Positions 54,283 to 63,559 of a DNA stretch of 64,000 bases are shown here, piece by piece. Every line of letters begins with the position of its first letter. Position 1 is the first letter of the stretch. The stretch lies in the IMG/VR virus record IMGVR_UViG_3300042326_002445, positions 62,001 through 126,000 of that record; one strand, given 5' to 3'. The notes under the pieces were generated by a model. It did not search any database. It worked only from the letters and a program-made list of their open reading frames with translations, and was not told where the DNA came from. Position numbers and translations under genes: made by a program.

Positions 54283-54326
54283 ACATAGTGGGAGAGGTTT
54301 TTGCCTCTCCCACTATGTTTTTATTT
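54283..54326 (+). terminator. Rho-independent terminator, perfect 15-bp stem
   Basis: ACATAGTGGGAGAGG (54283-97), loop TTTTTG, CCTCTCCCACTATGT (54304-18), then a T-rich tail. Confidence 0.85.
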
Positions 54327-55223
54327 AAAGAAAATTTTATTCATAAAGATATATACAAATATATAAATTGTAATTTTGAAAAAACAAAATTGATTAGTTT
54401 TTTTTATGGAAGTTTAGAAAACAATTTTGTTAATAATATAAATACGTATAAAAATGTTGATGATGAATATCTATTATATAAAAAATTATATTCTTTAACC
54501 AATCAGAATTTTTCAGAGCAAGAAAGAAATAGTTTATATTTTTTCTCTAAACTTAGAAGTATAATTTCTTCACACAAAATGAATGGACTTTCATTATTTT
54601 CTCATCTATTTTTAAATTTGTTTAATTATAAAAGTCAATTTGAAATTGCGGAACAAATTTGGAACATGGAGATGATGCGTTCTATAGAAGTCACAAATTA
54701 TAATATATATTATTTGTTTTGTGAACTTTCTCAGTCCGGTGGCGATGATTGCATTGAAGAGGTAAGTAATAGTAGGTTGTGTAGTTTTCACGATACCGGC
54801 TGCAGTATTTCTTGTATTGAAAAAGATTTTATCAAATTTTACATGCATATTATAAGTTCAAAAATTAATGAAAATCCTTATTTGCATAAATGTGTCATAG
54901 AATCTCAAAAAACTTTTAGGTGCAATAAAAATTTAAATATAGATATATTGAGAAAAAACTTCTCCATCTTAGATGATCATATAATATTAATAATGTTATA
55001 CCATTTGGAGCAAGACGCAATAATGTCATCTGTAAATGGTACAATTGCAATGCATAAAGATTTCATAAAAAATCATAGAATTTTTAAAAGTAAAACCGCC
55101 ATTTTCAATAAGCATGTCAATAATTTAATCGATTCAATTTCTTACGGAAAACATGAATTAAAAAAATGCGACGATAGAGATGTATTAAAAATATATAGGA
55201 GTATATGCAATGGGAAAATGTGA
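54315..55223 (+). CDS. Hypothetical protein, very AT-rich; start probably ATG 54315
   Basis: In-frame ATG inside the hairpin 3' arm; the upstream TTG 54267 would read through the terminator. Confidence 0.5.
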   Translation: MFLFKENFIHKDIYKYINCNFEKTKLISFFYGSLENNFVNNINTYKNVDDEYLLYKKLYSLTNQNFSEQERNSLYFFSKLRSIISSHKMNGLSLFSHLFLNLFNYKSQFEIAEQIWNMEMMRSIEVTNYNIYYLFCELSQSGGDDCIEEVSNSRLCSFHDTGCSISCIEKDFIKFYMHIISSKINENPYLHKCVIESQKTFRCNKNLNIDILRKNFSILDDHIILIMLYHLEQDAIMSSVNGTIAMHKDFIKNHRIFKSKTAIFNKHVNNLIDSISYGKHELKKCDDRDVLKIYRSICNGKM

Positions 55224-55638
55224 GTGGATTGAGATGGCTGATGCCAAAAAAATTGCTATTTCATTAATTAATAAGTATGACGATAAATTTGGAAAAATTC
55301 CTTACGAAAGACTTAAGTTTATTGGTATCCTTAATGCTAAACCTCCAAAAGAACATAATAAAATATGGCACTTTGTATTTATAGCAGATCCTGTTAACGA
55401 GCTTTTGGAAACAGACTTAGCTGTAATTATTAATTTTGATTGCTGGTCCGACATGGATGAAAAAGCTCAGGCAATAGTCGTGGCCTCTATGCTATCTTGC
55501 ATGGAATGTAAAGAAAGAATTGTTGCAAGAGGTTACGATTTACACGACTCTAAATCTATGGTGTTAAATTTTGGAGTAGACTACGAAACCAATCCAGATA
55601 TACCCGATATAATTAATACACATCACCATTGGAGGTAA
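55210..55638 (+). CDS. Phage metallopeptidase-like protein lacking HExxH
   Basis: DLAVIINFDCWSDMDEKAQAIVVASMLSCM matches the D.II.I...W..L....+AL+.HEL.H pattern with the metal ligands replaced. Confidence 0.5.
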   Translation: MGKCEWIEMADAKKIAISLINKYDDKFGKIPYERLKFIGILNAKPPKEHNKIWHFVFIADPVNELLETDLAVIINFDCWSDMDEKAQAIVVASMLSCMECKERIVARGYDLHDSKSMVLNFGVDYETNPDIPDIINTHHHWR

Positions 55639-55641
55639 AAC

Positions 55642-56040
55642 ATGATAGAAGTATGGATGAGAGATGAATATGGTCAGGCAAACATTCAAGGTAGATATAA
55701 GACATCTGCAGAGGCTACCAAGAAAGCTATAGAGGTCTTAGACTCTATCAACACAGATAATGCTCTTACTTCCGCAGAAAGAGATAAGAATTGGGAATGC
55801 TTTATGCCACAGGCATCTGATTCTGAGGGTTTTTTGTATGGCGGTAAGGTTAGGGGGAGTGTGCATTTTTTCTTTAATCCAGAAGATAACTCAAAGACTG
55901 AAAGTAAGTCTGCAAAAATATTGCTCGGCAATAGAAATGGTAAGCCATGGTTCGCTAAGAACCACAAAAGTGTAGATATATCCGTGGTGGATGATCCAAG
56001 CTTGAACAATAAGGCTTTTATTTTCTTTAAAAAGGTTTAA
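55642..56040 (+). CDS. Hypothetical protein
   Basis: SD GGAGGT upstream. Confidence 0.65.
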   Translation: MIEVWMRDEYGQANIQGRYKTSAEATKKAIEVLDSINTDNALTSAERDKNWECFMPQASDSEGFLYGGKVRGSVHFFFNPEDNSKTESKSAKILLGNRNGKPWFAKNHKSVDISVVDDPSLNNKAFIFFKKV

Positions 56041-56046
56041 ATAAAA

Positions 56047-56853
56047 ATGAAGGCGGTTATTGCGATTGCTGGATGCAAAAATTCCGGCAAGAGTAGCCTT
56101 TGTCGCTACTTAACATATTTAATTGCTCGTGTAGACGGTCTCATACTTAATGATAAATTGGCTGGCTCTTTCGACAATAGACTATTGGCTCAAGTTCCAA
56201 AGGATGCGAGTCAAAAAGTGTACATAACTGACAACGGCAGAAATTATGTTGAAGCTAAATTGAAAAGAGATCCAAACGTAGAGACTATTAGTTTTGCTGG
56301 TCCAATTAAGGATTTTTGCATCAATGTGCTAGATATCGATTACAATAGCATATACGGCTCAGATGAGCAAAAGAACTTAACAACTAAATATGTTTGGGAA
56401 AATATGCCTGAACATATAAAAAATTCATATGGATCTTTTAAGTCTGGCCAAATGACAGCTCGTGAAATTATGCAGATACTTGGCACAGATATATTCAGAA
56501 ACTATTTTTCTCAATCTGTATGGGTTGACTGCCTCATTAGTAGAATTAAAAAATCTGATGCAGATGTAATTTTTGTTGATGATTTACGGTTTAACAATGA
56601 AGCAATTTCCTTAATGAAAGAAGATGCAATGATTATCCACTTAGCAAGAATGTGGGGTCAAGGCGGATCTCATAAAAGCGAAAATGGATTAGATTTAAGT
56701 TTATTTACTGGCTATCCTCATTTTTATAGCATTCCAGATGTTGATATCATGTCGAAAAATGACATAGCATTCAAAGCAACAAGAAAGTATTTCGAAAATG
56801 TCCTACGTAAACAAGACGAACTTAGCGAACAAGTACAGACCCAAACTGCTTGA
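56047..56853 (+). CDS. Deoxynucleoside monophosphate kinase (phage dNMP kinase family)
   Basis: IAGCKNSGKS, SFAGPIK, TAREIMQILGTDIFR, WVD, DDLRFNNE. Confidence 0.85.
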   Translation: MKAVIAIAGCKNSGKSSLCRYLTYLIARVDGLILNDKLAGSFDNRLLAQVPKDASQKVYITDNGRNYVEAKLKRDPNVETISFAGPIKDFCINVLDIDYNSIYGSDEQKNLTTKYVWENMPEHIKNSYGSFKSGQMTAREIMQILGTDIFRNYFSQSVWVDCLISRIKKSDADVIFVDDLRFNNEAISLMKEDAMIIHLARMWGQGGSHKSENGLDLSLFTGYPHFYSIPDVDIMSKNDIAFKATRKYFENVLRKQDELSEQVQTQTA

Positions 56854-57928
56854 AGATGTTGTTGGGCAAGATCACGTAAAAGCATATTTTAAAAATGCTA
56901 TTGCTAAAAACATGCTTCATCATGCTTATCTTTTTACTGGATCTTCTGGTACTGGAAAGACCACGGTTGCAAGAATAATAGCAGCAGCAGTAAACAATGA
57001 GTCAGGTCAGTCTTTGTCACCAGACATGTCCCCTGGTAGTTTATCTCTTAAGATTGTAGATGGCATGTGCAATGACATAAGAGAGATTGATGCTGCTTCT
57101 AATAGAAGCATTGACGATATCAGAAATTTGAGACAGGAAATCAAATATGCACCTTTTGAATGTCGTAAAAGGTTTGTAATTATAGATGAAGCTCATGGAC
57201 TTACGGGGCAAGCGATAGAAGCTGCTCTTAAGATGATAGAAGAGCCGCCCAGTCATACTGTATTTATATTCTGCACTACAGAGGTAGAAAAGCTTAAGGA
57301 AACTATTATTAATAGATGTATTGACTTTGTCTTTAAGCCTGTGTCTAATCAGATGATATGTGCACATCTTGGCAAGATTTGTTCTTTAGAAAATCAAAAG
57401 GCAGACACGGATGCTTTGTCTATCATAGCTGATCATAGTGATGGCTGTGTTAGAAAGTCATTGCAATTACTTGAGAAAATCATAACTTGTGCTGATGGGG
57501 TTATATCTAAAGAGGAAGTTAAAAAATATTTAATGATTGTTGATGAAGATCAATTTGTTGATATATTTAATTGCATCTTGAAGAAAGACGCTGCTGGTTG
57601 CGTAGAGAAGTCATTAAAGCTTGCAAATGATGGGATTACATATGAAAATAATTTAAAAAATATGGCTAGAATTATTAGATACATACTTTTGGCAAAAACA
57701 TGTCCAAATGCTAATGAACTTATTGACATAAATCCTAAAACAAAATTTTATATAAAGCAAATTTTGTCGAAAATAAGTATTGAAAGCCTTATTGAAATTG
57801 TTGGTTTTATAAAAGAAGCAAAAGAAGAAATGACGCAAGGAATTATACCAGCACTAGCATTTGAAACTTTCGTAGTTAAATCTATTATATCATATCATAA
57901 AAATCATGTCAAAAAAGAAAGCAAATAA
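56798..57928 (+). CDS. dnaX: DNA polymerase III clamp loader subunit gamma/tau (gamma-sized)
   Basis: ANKYRPKLLEDVVGQDHV, HAYLFTGSSGTGKT, EIDAASN, IDEAH, KMIEEPP, INRC, DGCVRKSL. Confidence 0.93.
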   Translation: MSYVNKTNLANKYRPKLLEDVVGQDHVKAYFKNAIAKNMLHHAYLFTGSSGTGKTTVARIIAAAVNNESGQSLSPDMSPGSLSLKIVDGMCNDIREIDAASNRSIDDIRNLRQEIKYAPFECRKRFVIIDEAHGLTGQAIEAALKMIEEPPSHTVFIFCTTEVEKLKETIINRCIDFVFKPVSNQMICAHLGKICSLENQKADTDALSIIADHSDGCVRKSLQLLEKIITCADGVISKEEVKKYLMIVDEDQFVDIFNCILKKDAAGCVEKSLKLANDGITYENNLKNMARIIRYILLAKTCPNANELIDINPKTKFYIKQILSKISIESLIEIVGFIKEAKEEMTQGIIPALAFETFVVKSIISYHKNHVKKESK

Positions 57929-58670
57929 AAAAGTACCAAAAAAGTCTTCTGTCAAAAAGACTGGTTCAAAAAAAGAACAAGTTGCACAAAAGCCCAGTGT
58001 CGCAAGACCTGGCTCAATAGCAGAAATGGTTATAAAGCTTCAGAAAGAAAGAACTAAGGCAGGCCAAGATATCATATTCAACGATATAATAGAAAAAATT
58101 GATCCACTTATAAAAAGAATAGTTGGCAAATTTAATATTCCCGGATATGAAAGTTCTGATTTATATCAAGAAGCTTTGTACGCAGTAAGGTTCAAAGCAA
58201 TATCAGACTTCGACGTTAGTAGAATCATTGGTGATGATTTTGTTGGGTTTGAAAAATTTGCTGCACTTTGTGTCAAAAGACATCTATCTACTTTGCTAAA
58301 GTGCAGTTTTCAGAATAAGAAGGCAGCTTTAAATACATCTGTAAGTTTTAATGCTTTGGCTTCAGAAGATGAAGAAAGTTTTGACATGAGCGCTTTAATG
58401 AATTCAGAAGAAACTTCTCAGTCTATAGCAAGTGAAAATCAGGAAATATTTCGTTCAATTATATCTAATTTAATGGAGCACCTGTCAGACTTTGAAAAAA
58501 AGGTTCTTGCTCTATATGCACAAAGGTTTAGCTATGAAGAGATTGCCGATAAACTCAATAGAAATGGAGACGGCAAAAAAGTCAACATAAAAGGCGTAGA
58601 TAACGCTTTGAGCAGAATAAAAATAAAAGCTAAACAAGTTGTTGATGAATTAGGCATTGAGCCGTTTTAA
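57906..58670 (+). CDS. Sigma-70 family factor, SigH-like, with Lys-rich N-terminal extension
   Basis: DLYQEAL, FEKFAALCVKRHLSTLLK...QNKKAALNTSVSF, LSDFEKKVL, SYEEIADKL, KGVDNALSRIKIK. Confidence 0.85.
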   Translation: MSKKKANKKVPKKSSVKKTGSKKEQVAQKPSVARPGSIAEMVIKLQKERTKAGQDIIFNDIIEKIDPLIKRIVGKFNIPGYESSDLYQEALYAVRFKAISDFDVSRIIGDDFVGFEKFAALCVKRHLSTLLKCSFQNKKAALNTSVSFNALASEDEESFDMSALMNSEETSQSIASENQEIFRSIISNLMEHLSDFEKKVLALYAQRFSYEEIADKLNRNGDGKKVNIKGVDNALSRIKIKAKQVVDELGIEPF

Positions 58671-58672
58671 AT

Positions 58673-59815
58673 ATGAATATATTTGATGTAGCAAAAGCGC
58701 TCTCTGGAATATCTCAAAAGTTAATACCAAAAGATGTAGCAAGCCATGGACTTCTATCTTTGATTATCAAGGAAAGTCGTACATTCTTAGCTGTTTATAG
58801 TGATAAATTTTCATGCATAGTTCCAGTAAGTATAAAGCATAACTCACCAGCAGACTTAGAATGCATGGTAGATGGTAAATTGCTTTCAAAATTTATTAAT
58901 AAAAGCAAAGATGAAACTATAGATGTAGAGTTTATATTTAATGTGGAAGGTACTCCTTCTTCTTTAAAGATATCTAGTGGTAATAACACCAATGTTTCTA
59001 TGCCACTTTCTCAGCCTACTGGCTCCTTAAAGAACAAAAAACTTTGTAAAGAATGCGTAGAGGTTTCAACTGCATCTTTTATATCCGTTATTAAAAGTAC
59101 ATCTTTTGCTGGCTCTGACATTGATGCTGAGAGGCCTTATTATTATGCGTTGTTAGGTTTTATTGACAAAAACATATCATGTATTTGTGGTAATGGTTCT
59201 TTTTTTGCATACACCAAATGTGAAGCTCTTAAAGAAGCATCACAAGAAAAGCAGTGTATATTGCCTATAGGTGTTGTTAATGCAATTATGCCAGTTTTAG
59301 ATTTGTGTGACGATGATTATGTTAAGTTTAGTTTTGATGATCATAGTGTTGTCATACAGTCTTCATGCATGAAGTTTTATATAGCCGTGGACAAAAAGTC
59401 TATAAATTGGCCAGATGCATCATCTATATTAAACCGTAATACTGGCACTGACTATACCGTAGTGACTTCTGATCTAAAAGAAATATGCTCAAACATAGAT
59501 TTAGCTTGCGAATCTTATGACGGGAAAAATAACACATTAAAATGCAAGCTTACTACTTTTAAAAATAGTATAAATTTTTTAGTCGATGGTTCATGCAAGG
59601 TAGAGTCTCACATAAATTCTTTATCAGAAGACGATGAAAGCAGGGACGTAACCATAGATGCTGTTTGCATACCAATGTCTATGAAGTCAAAAATGCTTGG
59701 CGAAAAAGTAACGATAAATATAGATGCTTCAAATTTTAAAGGCAAAAGTTCTCCAGTTCTTTTAACTTCTTTAGTTGAGAATTGCGTATATAAAACTTTT
59801 TTTGCAGTCACATGA
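58673..59815 (+). CDS. dnaN: DNA polymerase III beta sliding clamp (divergent)
   Basis: 380 aa; VDGKLLSKFINK, TSFAGS..DAERPYY, GNG, CILP, WPD...IL three-domain pattern; near dnaX. Confidence 0.75.
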   Translation: MNIFDVAKALSGISQKLIPKDVASHGLLSLIIKESRTFLAVYSDKFSCIVPVSIKHNSPADLECMVDGKLLSKFINKSKDETIDVEFIFNVEGTPSSLKISSGNNTNVSMPLSQPTGSLKNKKLCKECVEVSTASFISVIKSTSFAGSDIDAERPYYYALLGFIDKNISCICGNGSFFAYTKCEALKEASQEKQCILPIGVVNAIMPVLDLCDDDYVKFSFDDHSVVIQSSCMKFYIAVDKKSINWPDASSILNRNTGTDYTVVTSDLKEICSNIDLACESYDGKNNTLKCKLTTFKNSINFLVDGSCKVESHINSLSEDDESRDVTIDAVCIPMSMKSKMLGEKVTINIDASNFKGKSSPVLLTSLVENCVYKTFFAVT

Positions 59816-60729
59816 TAGTCTTAGCAGATGTTCCATTTTTTGATGCATTTACTCACGCTAAGTCTCTGAGTAAAAATTCAAACTTGTCATATTGGTCTCC
59901 TGGAGAGCCAATGCCCATCATTAGTTCTGATATCTTTTCTATTGAAGACCAGAGTGACGTATGTCTAGTATGTAATATAAAAAATTTAGAAGATTTTGAA
60001 AATTGTGTTTTCTTAAATAAGTCATACAAGTTTTTGTTTTTGTGGAATTCTGATTTTGATAAAGCAAAACAATATTTAACAAAAAATGCAGTGGAATTTA
60101 AAAGTGTCTCTATACCTAAGTATATAGATTTAAAACATAGTATTTTGGAATCTACAGATATAGAAAAAGAAATTGCTTCAAATTTGGTTAAGCAAATAGA
60201 GTCTACTCCACTTTCTGAAAGACTCTCTAGAGATTTTGTGAGTAATATCTTGCACAAAATAAATGTTGTCTATTGTCAAAATAATAATAGTTGTCATGCT
60301 GCAGATTTGTCTTTGGGCGTACCGGCAAGCTCTCTTGATATGACTAATGCTTTTTGCAAATCAGAAAGTGATTTTATTAACTTTTGTTATTATTATTTTA
60401 GTAATTCAAAACAAGTTAATACTCAAATGTCAATGTGGGTTCATACCGTGTCTAAATTTTTAATATCAAATGGAGACACTTCTCATTTAATTAACAAAAC
60501 AAATTTGGGATTTTCATCTAAATTAACAGAGATGATATATCAAAAATTAAAAGGTTTTATAAAACTTGAAGATTGCATGTTCTGTTCTTTATGTTGGTCC
60601 TACATTGCAAGAATGAAAACATTTGAAAATAGTTTATTAAGTATAGTTTATGTGAGAGCAGCAATTACTGGAAAAGTAAACAAAAAACAATCGATAAATT
60701 TAATAAGGAATTTACATGAGCAAGAATAA
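59812..60729 (+). CDS. Hypothetical protein, possibly a divergent clamp-loader delta (HolA)-like subunit
   Basis: 305 aa; ATGA-coupled to the beta clamp; SSDIFS..VCLV resembles the HolA SLF motif only weakly. Confidence 0.3.
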   Translation: MIVLADVPFFDAFTHAKSLSKNSNLSYWSPGEPMPIISSDIFSIEDQSDVCLVCNIKNLEDFENCVFLNKSYKFLFLWNSDFDKAKQYLTKNAVEFKSVSIPKYIDLKHSILESTDIEKEIASNLVKQIESTPLSERLSRDFVSNILHKINVVYCQNNNSCHAADLSLGVPASSLDMTNAFCKSESDFINFCYYYFSNSKQVNTQMSMWVHTVSKFLISNGDTSHLINKTNLGFSSKLTEMIYQKLKGFIKLEDCMFCSLCWSYIARMKTFENSLLSIVYVRAAITGKVNKKQSINLIRNLHEQE

Positions 60730-61069
60730 CGACAAAAATAATAGCCAGCCACTTGATGATCTTGGAATAAAAAATGATCAAATAATTAATTGTGCAGAAA
60801 AAATAGTAGATGAGCTATGGATTAGATTACATAATCCAAGCTCAAAAGACATTAATGCAACTGACATGCACGCATATAGTGCTACATTATGCAATGTTTG
60901 GTCTTTAGTAAAAAATATGATGGAATTTTTAGAAGAAAATTACGATGACGAAATGGCGAACATGACAGGTAGCGACATATCGCCAATGGATGACGACGAT
61001 GATGATGACGACGATGATGATTTTGATGATGACGATGATTTAGAGGCCGATGTAGACGGAAAGAAATAA
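60716..61069 (+). CDS. Hypothetical protein with poly-Asp tail
   Basis: D11-F-D5 tract at 60989-61039. Confidence 0.6.
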   Translation: MSKNNDKNNSQPLDDLGIKNDQIINCAEKIVDELWIRLHNPSSKDINATDMHAYSATLCNVWSLVKNMMEFLEENYDDEMANMTGSDISPMDDDDDDDDDDDFDDDDDLEADVDGKK

Positions 61070-61071
61070 TT

Positions 61072-61287
61072 ATGTTATACAAAAATATAAAACATGCTTC
61101 ATCTGCAGACATAGAGGTTATTAACGAAATTAAAGATGTTAAGTTCGGAGATAATCATAATTACTTTCTAATTGCAAAAAAAGATAAATTATTTATAGTT
61201 CAAAGTAAAGACGGATTCAATTTGATAGTTGATTCAAACATAGTAGACATTTTGAAAGAAAAAGATTTACTAGGAGGTATCAAATGA
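61072..61287 (+). CDS. Small hypothetical protein
   Basis: ORF in operon context. Confidence 0.55.
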   Translation: MLYKNIKHASSADIEVINEIKDVKFGDNHNYFLIAKKDKLFIVQSKDGFNLIVDSNIVDILKEKDLLGGIK

Positions 61288-62246
61288 GAATTTTGATTAC
61301 TGGAGCCGCTGGCTTTATAGGATCTGCAATTTTTAGAGAATGCGTTATCAATAAGGAAAAGTGGAACATAGACAGTGTCTTAGGCGTAGATATAGATTCT
61401 TTTGCTTGCGACAAGTTGAGAATGAACCTTGGCACTGATTGGGCGAACGGAACATCTCATCATTTAATTAACGTAGATTTTTGTAGTAGTCAGATATTGG
61501 ATCAAGTCTCAGATGGAATGTTTGATAGAATAATACATTTGGCAGCTCTTCCAAGAGTTGCTTACTCTGTAGAAAATCCACGTAGAACTGATGAATACAA
61601 TATAAATAAATCTGTGGCACTATTGGAGTCTTGCCTTAAGTCTAATACTTCTATGGTTTTTGCTTCATCGTCTTCGGTTTACGGAGGAGCAAAAAATTTA
61701 CCAACATTTGAAGATGAGCCATTAAAGCAAATTAGTCCATATGCTTTGCAAAAAGCAACTTTTGAAAAATATCTAAATATATATAAAGACATAAAAAATT
61801 ATAACAGTATCATTTTGAGATTTTTTAATGTTTATGGTCCAGGCCAAGATGGGTCTTCTGCTTATTCAACAGTTTTGGCCGCATGGATGCATAAAATAAA
61901 AAATGGTTTACCTATTTCAATGGAGGGTGATGGTGAGCAGAGAAGAGATTTTTGCTATATTGGAGACGTAGTAAATGCTTGCTTGCTTTCTGCGCAAAAA
62001 GCTGATAGTATGCATGAAGCTTTTAATATTGGTTGTGGCAAAAACTATTCTTGTAATGAATTATTAAATTATTTAACAGATAGATTTGCAGATGGAATGA
62101 TTTCTGTGTCTAATAAGCCTCCAAGACCAGGAGATGTAAGAGAGACTTTAGCTAGTATAGAAAAAGCTAAACGTATTTTAGGCTATGAGCCACAAGCTGA
62201 CTTCTGGAAAGGCGTAGACAACACAATAGATTGGTGGTTTTCATAA
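61284..62246 (+). CDS. NAD-dependent NDP-sugar epimerase/dehydratase (extended SDR)
   Basis: TGAAGFIG, HLAA, ASSSSVYG, SPYALQK (YxxxK), RFFNVYGP, RDF, FNIG; SD AGGAGGT. Confidence 0.93.
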   Translation: MRILITGAAGFIGSAIFRECVINKEKWNIDSVLGVDIDSFACDKLRMNLGTDWANGTSHHLINVDFCSSQILDQVSDGMFDRIIHLAALPRVAYSVENPRRTDEYNINKSVALLESCLKSNTSMVFASSSSVYGGAKNLPTFEDEPLKQISPYALQKATFEKYLNIYKDIKNYNSIILRFFNVYGPGQDGSSAYSTVLAAWMHKIKNGLPISMEGDGEQRRDFCYIGDVVNACLLSAQKADSMHEAFNIGCGKNYSCNELLNYLTDRFADGMISVSNKPPRPGDVRETLASIEKAKRILGYEPQADFWKGVDNTIDWWFS

Positions 62247-62809
62247 TGATATTTGTTGGCATAGATCCAGGCATTAGCGGTGGAATAGCGGCAATTAACG
62301 ATAATGGTAAGTGTTTTTTTATAAAAACTACCCCATGCATAAGTATTAAAAAAAATAATAAAAAAAAATCTGACTATGATGTTGCAACTATGTCTGCATA
62401 CCTCAAACAATTTGTTGGAAAAGAAGCTCATGTATGCCAGGAGCTTACCCATGCAATGCCTGGAAATGGAGGGGTTTCTATGTATCATTTTGGTAGGGGT
62501 CATGGCATATGGGAGGGTATAGTCGGCGCTCTTGGCCTTTCACATATATTTTGCACTCCTCAAAAGTGGAAAGATATGTATCCAGAGCTGTATCAAGAAA
62601 AATTGACAAAAGAACAAAGAGCCTTGATGTCTGCGTCTCAAATATCTTCATGGAAACGTAAACAAAAAGCAGAAGCTAAGAAAAAGGGAATAGAGCTAGC
62701 CAAAAAATTATTTCCTGAAATAGCTTCAGAGATAACCCAAGTAAAACATGATGGCATGGCAGAAGCCTTGCTGATGGCTAATTGGCTAAGGAGAAATTAT
62801 GGCAAATGA
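62246..62809 (+). CDS. RuvC-like Holliday junction resolvase; start ATG 62246
   Basis: FVGIDPGISGGIA, CQE, FGRGHGIWEG, PQKWK, DGMAEALLMA. Confidence 0.85.
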   Translation: MIFVGIDPGISGGIAAINDNGKCFFIKTTPCISIKKNNKKKSDYDVATMSAYLKQFVGKEAHVCQELTHAMPGNGGVSMYHFGRGHGIWEGIVGALGLSHIFCTPQKWKDMYPELYQEKLTKEQRALMSASQISSWKRKQKAEAKKKGIELAKKLFPEIASEITQVKHDGMAEALLMANWLRRNYGK

Positions 62810-63263
62810 ATTTTTAGAACCCAAAGCATTTTCAATTGATGAAAGTGGGTTGGAAAATATGCTTATGAATATAGGTAGAGGTGGTCCAGCTCAGCAAGTT
62901 AAGGCTGTTTCTCAAGATCGAGATACAAGTAACAAGCAAAGCTTTAAAGACTTAGAGAAATTAAACAATATAATATCAGAGTTACCAGAAGAAAAGAAAA
63001 TAAAATGTATTAGTTTATTAGAAAAATATGCAATTAAGTTTAATATGACTATAGTATGCAATTATACTTCTAATATATCTGAAGAAAAGTGCCAAATAGG
63101 TTCCAAAGAAAACGAGATATTATATAATAATTTTTCGATTCAAGGTCAATGGAGCGGTTTGGAAGTAATAATAATGGGAGATGAAGGTAGGCCCATTGTC
63201 GCCAAAAGTAGAGGCCAAGAGTGGGATAATATTTCAAAACATTTTAAGATAGTTGAATTATGA
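62799..63263 (+). CDS. Hypothetical protein
   Basis: SD AAGGAG upstream. Confidence 0.6.
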   Translation: MANEFLEPKAFSIDESGLENMLMNIGRGGPAQQVKAVSQDRDTSNKQSFKDLEKLNNIISELPEEKKIKCISLLEKYAIKFNMTIVCNYTSNISEEKCQIGSKENEILYNNFSIQGQWSGLEVIIMGDEGRPIVAKSRGQEWDNISKHFKIVEL

Positions 63264-63559
63264 TTTATTATTTAGATGATTTTATGACAAAACTGGTAAG
63301 GGCTCATAATTGTGTCAATACTGACCAAAAAAAAGCTATTGATATAATTAAATCTGTTATTCAAGAATTTAAGCCAGAAGACGAAAAAGTATTATATTTA
63401 CTAAAATCATCTTGTGAAGTCGGCCTAGATAGTCCAAAAAAATTCCAATCTTACATTAAAGAGTGTATGGATTTGGTGCATAAAAATCATGAAATTATGA
63501 TAGAATCTTATAAATCTAATAAAAAATCAAATGGAAGACAGAGCTCTAAGAACAATTAA
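63260..63559 (+). CDS. Hypothetical protein
   Basis: ATGA overlap. Confidence 0.55.
   Translation: MIYYLDDFMTKLVRAHNCVNTDQKKAIDIIKSVIQEFKPEDEKVLYLLKSSCEVGLDSPKKFQSYIKECMDLVHKNHEIMIESYKSNKKSNGRQSSKNN

Noticed and set aside
57910-57917. A-AAA-AAG slippery heptamer at the end of dnaX (E. coli gamma/tau-type frameshift)
   Set aside because: It is phased in the sigma ORF, not in dnaX; a -1 slip would stop at 57926 and no tau extension exists downstream.
62348-62368. A8/A9 homopolymers in the RuvC gene as a phase-variation site
   Set aside because: Frame is intact and Lys-codon runs are expected at this AT content.
3488-62503. All minus-strand ORFs and short alternative-frame plus-strand ORFs in the track (e.g. 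7822, 30902, 33197, 37126, 39027, 49364, 54070, 55760)
   Set aside because: They lie wholly inside longer motif-bearing + strand genes, carry no recognisable motifs and have shadow-ORF composition.
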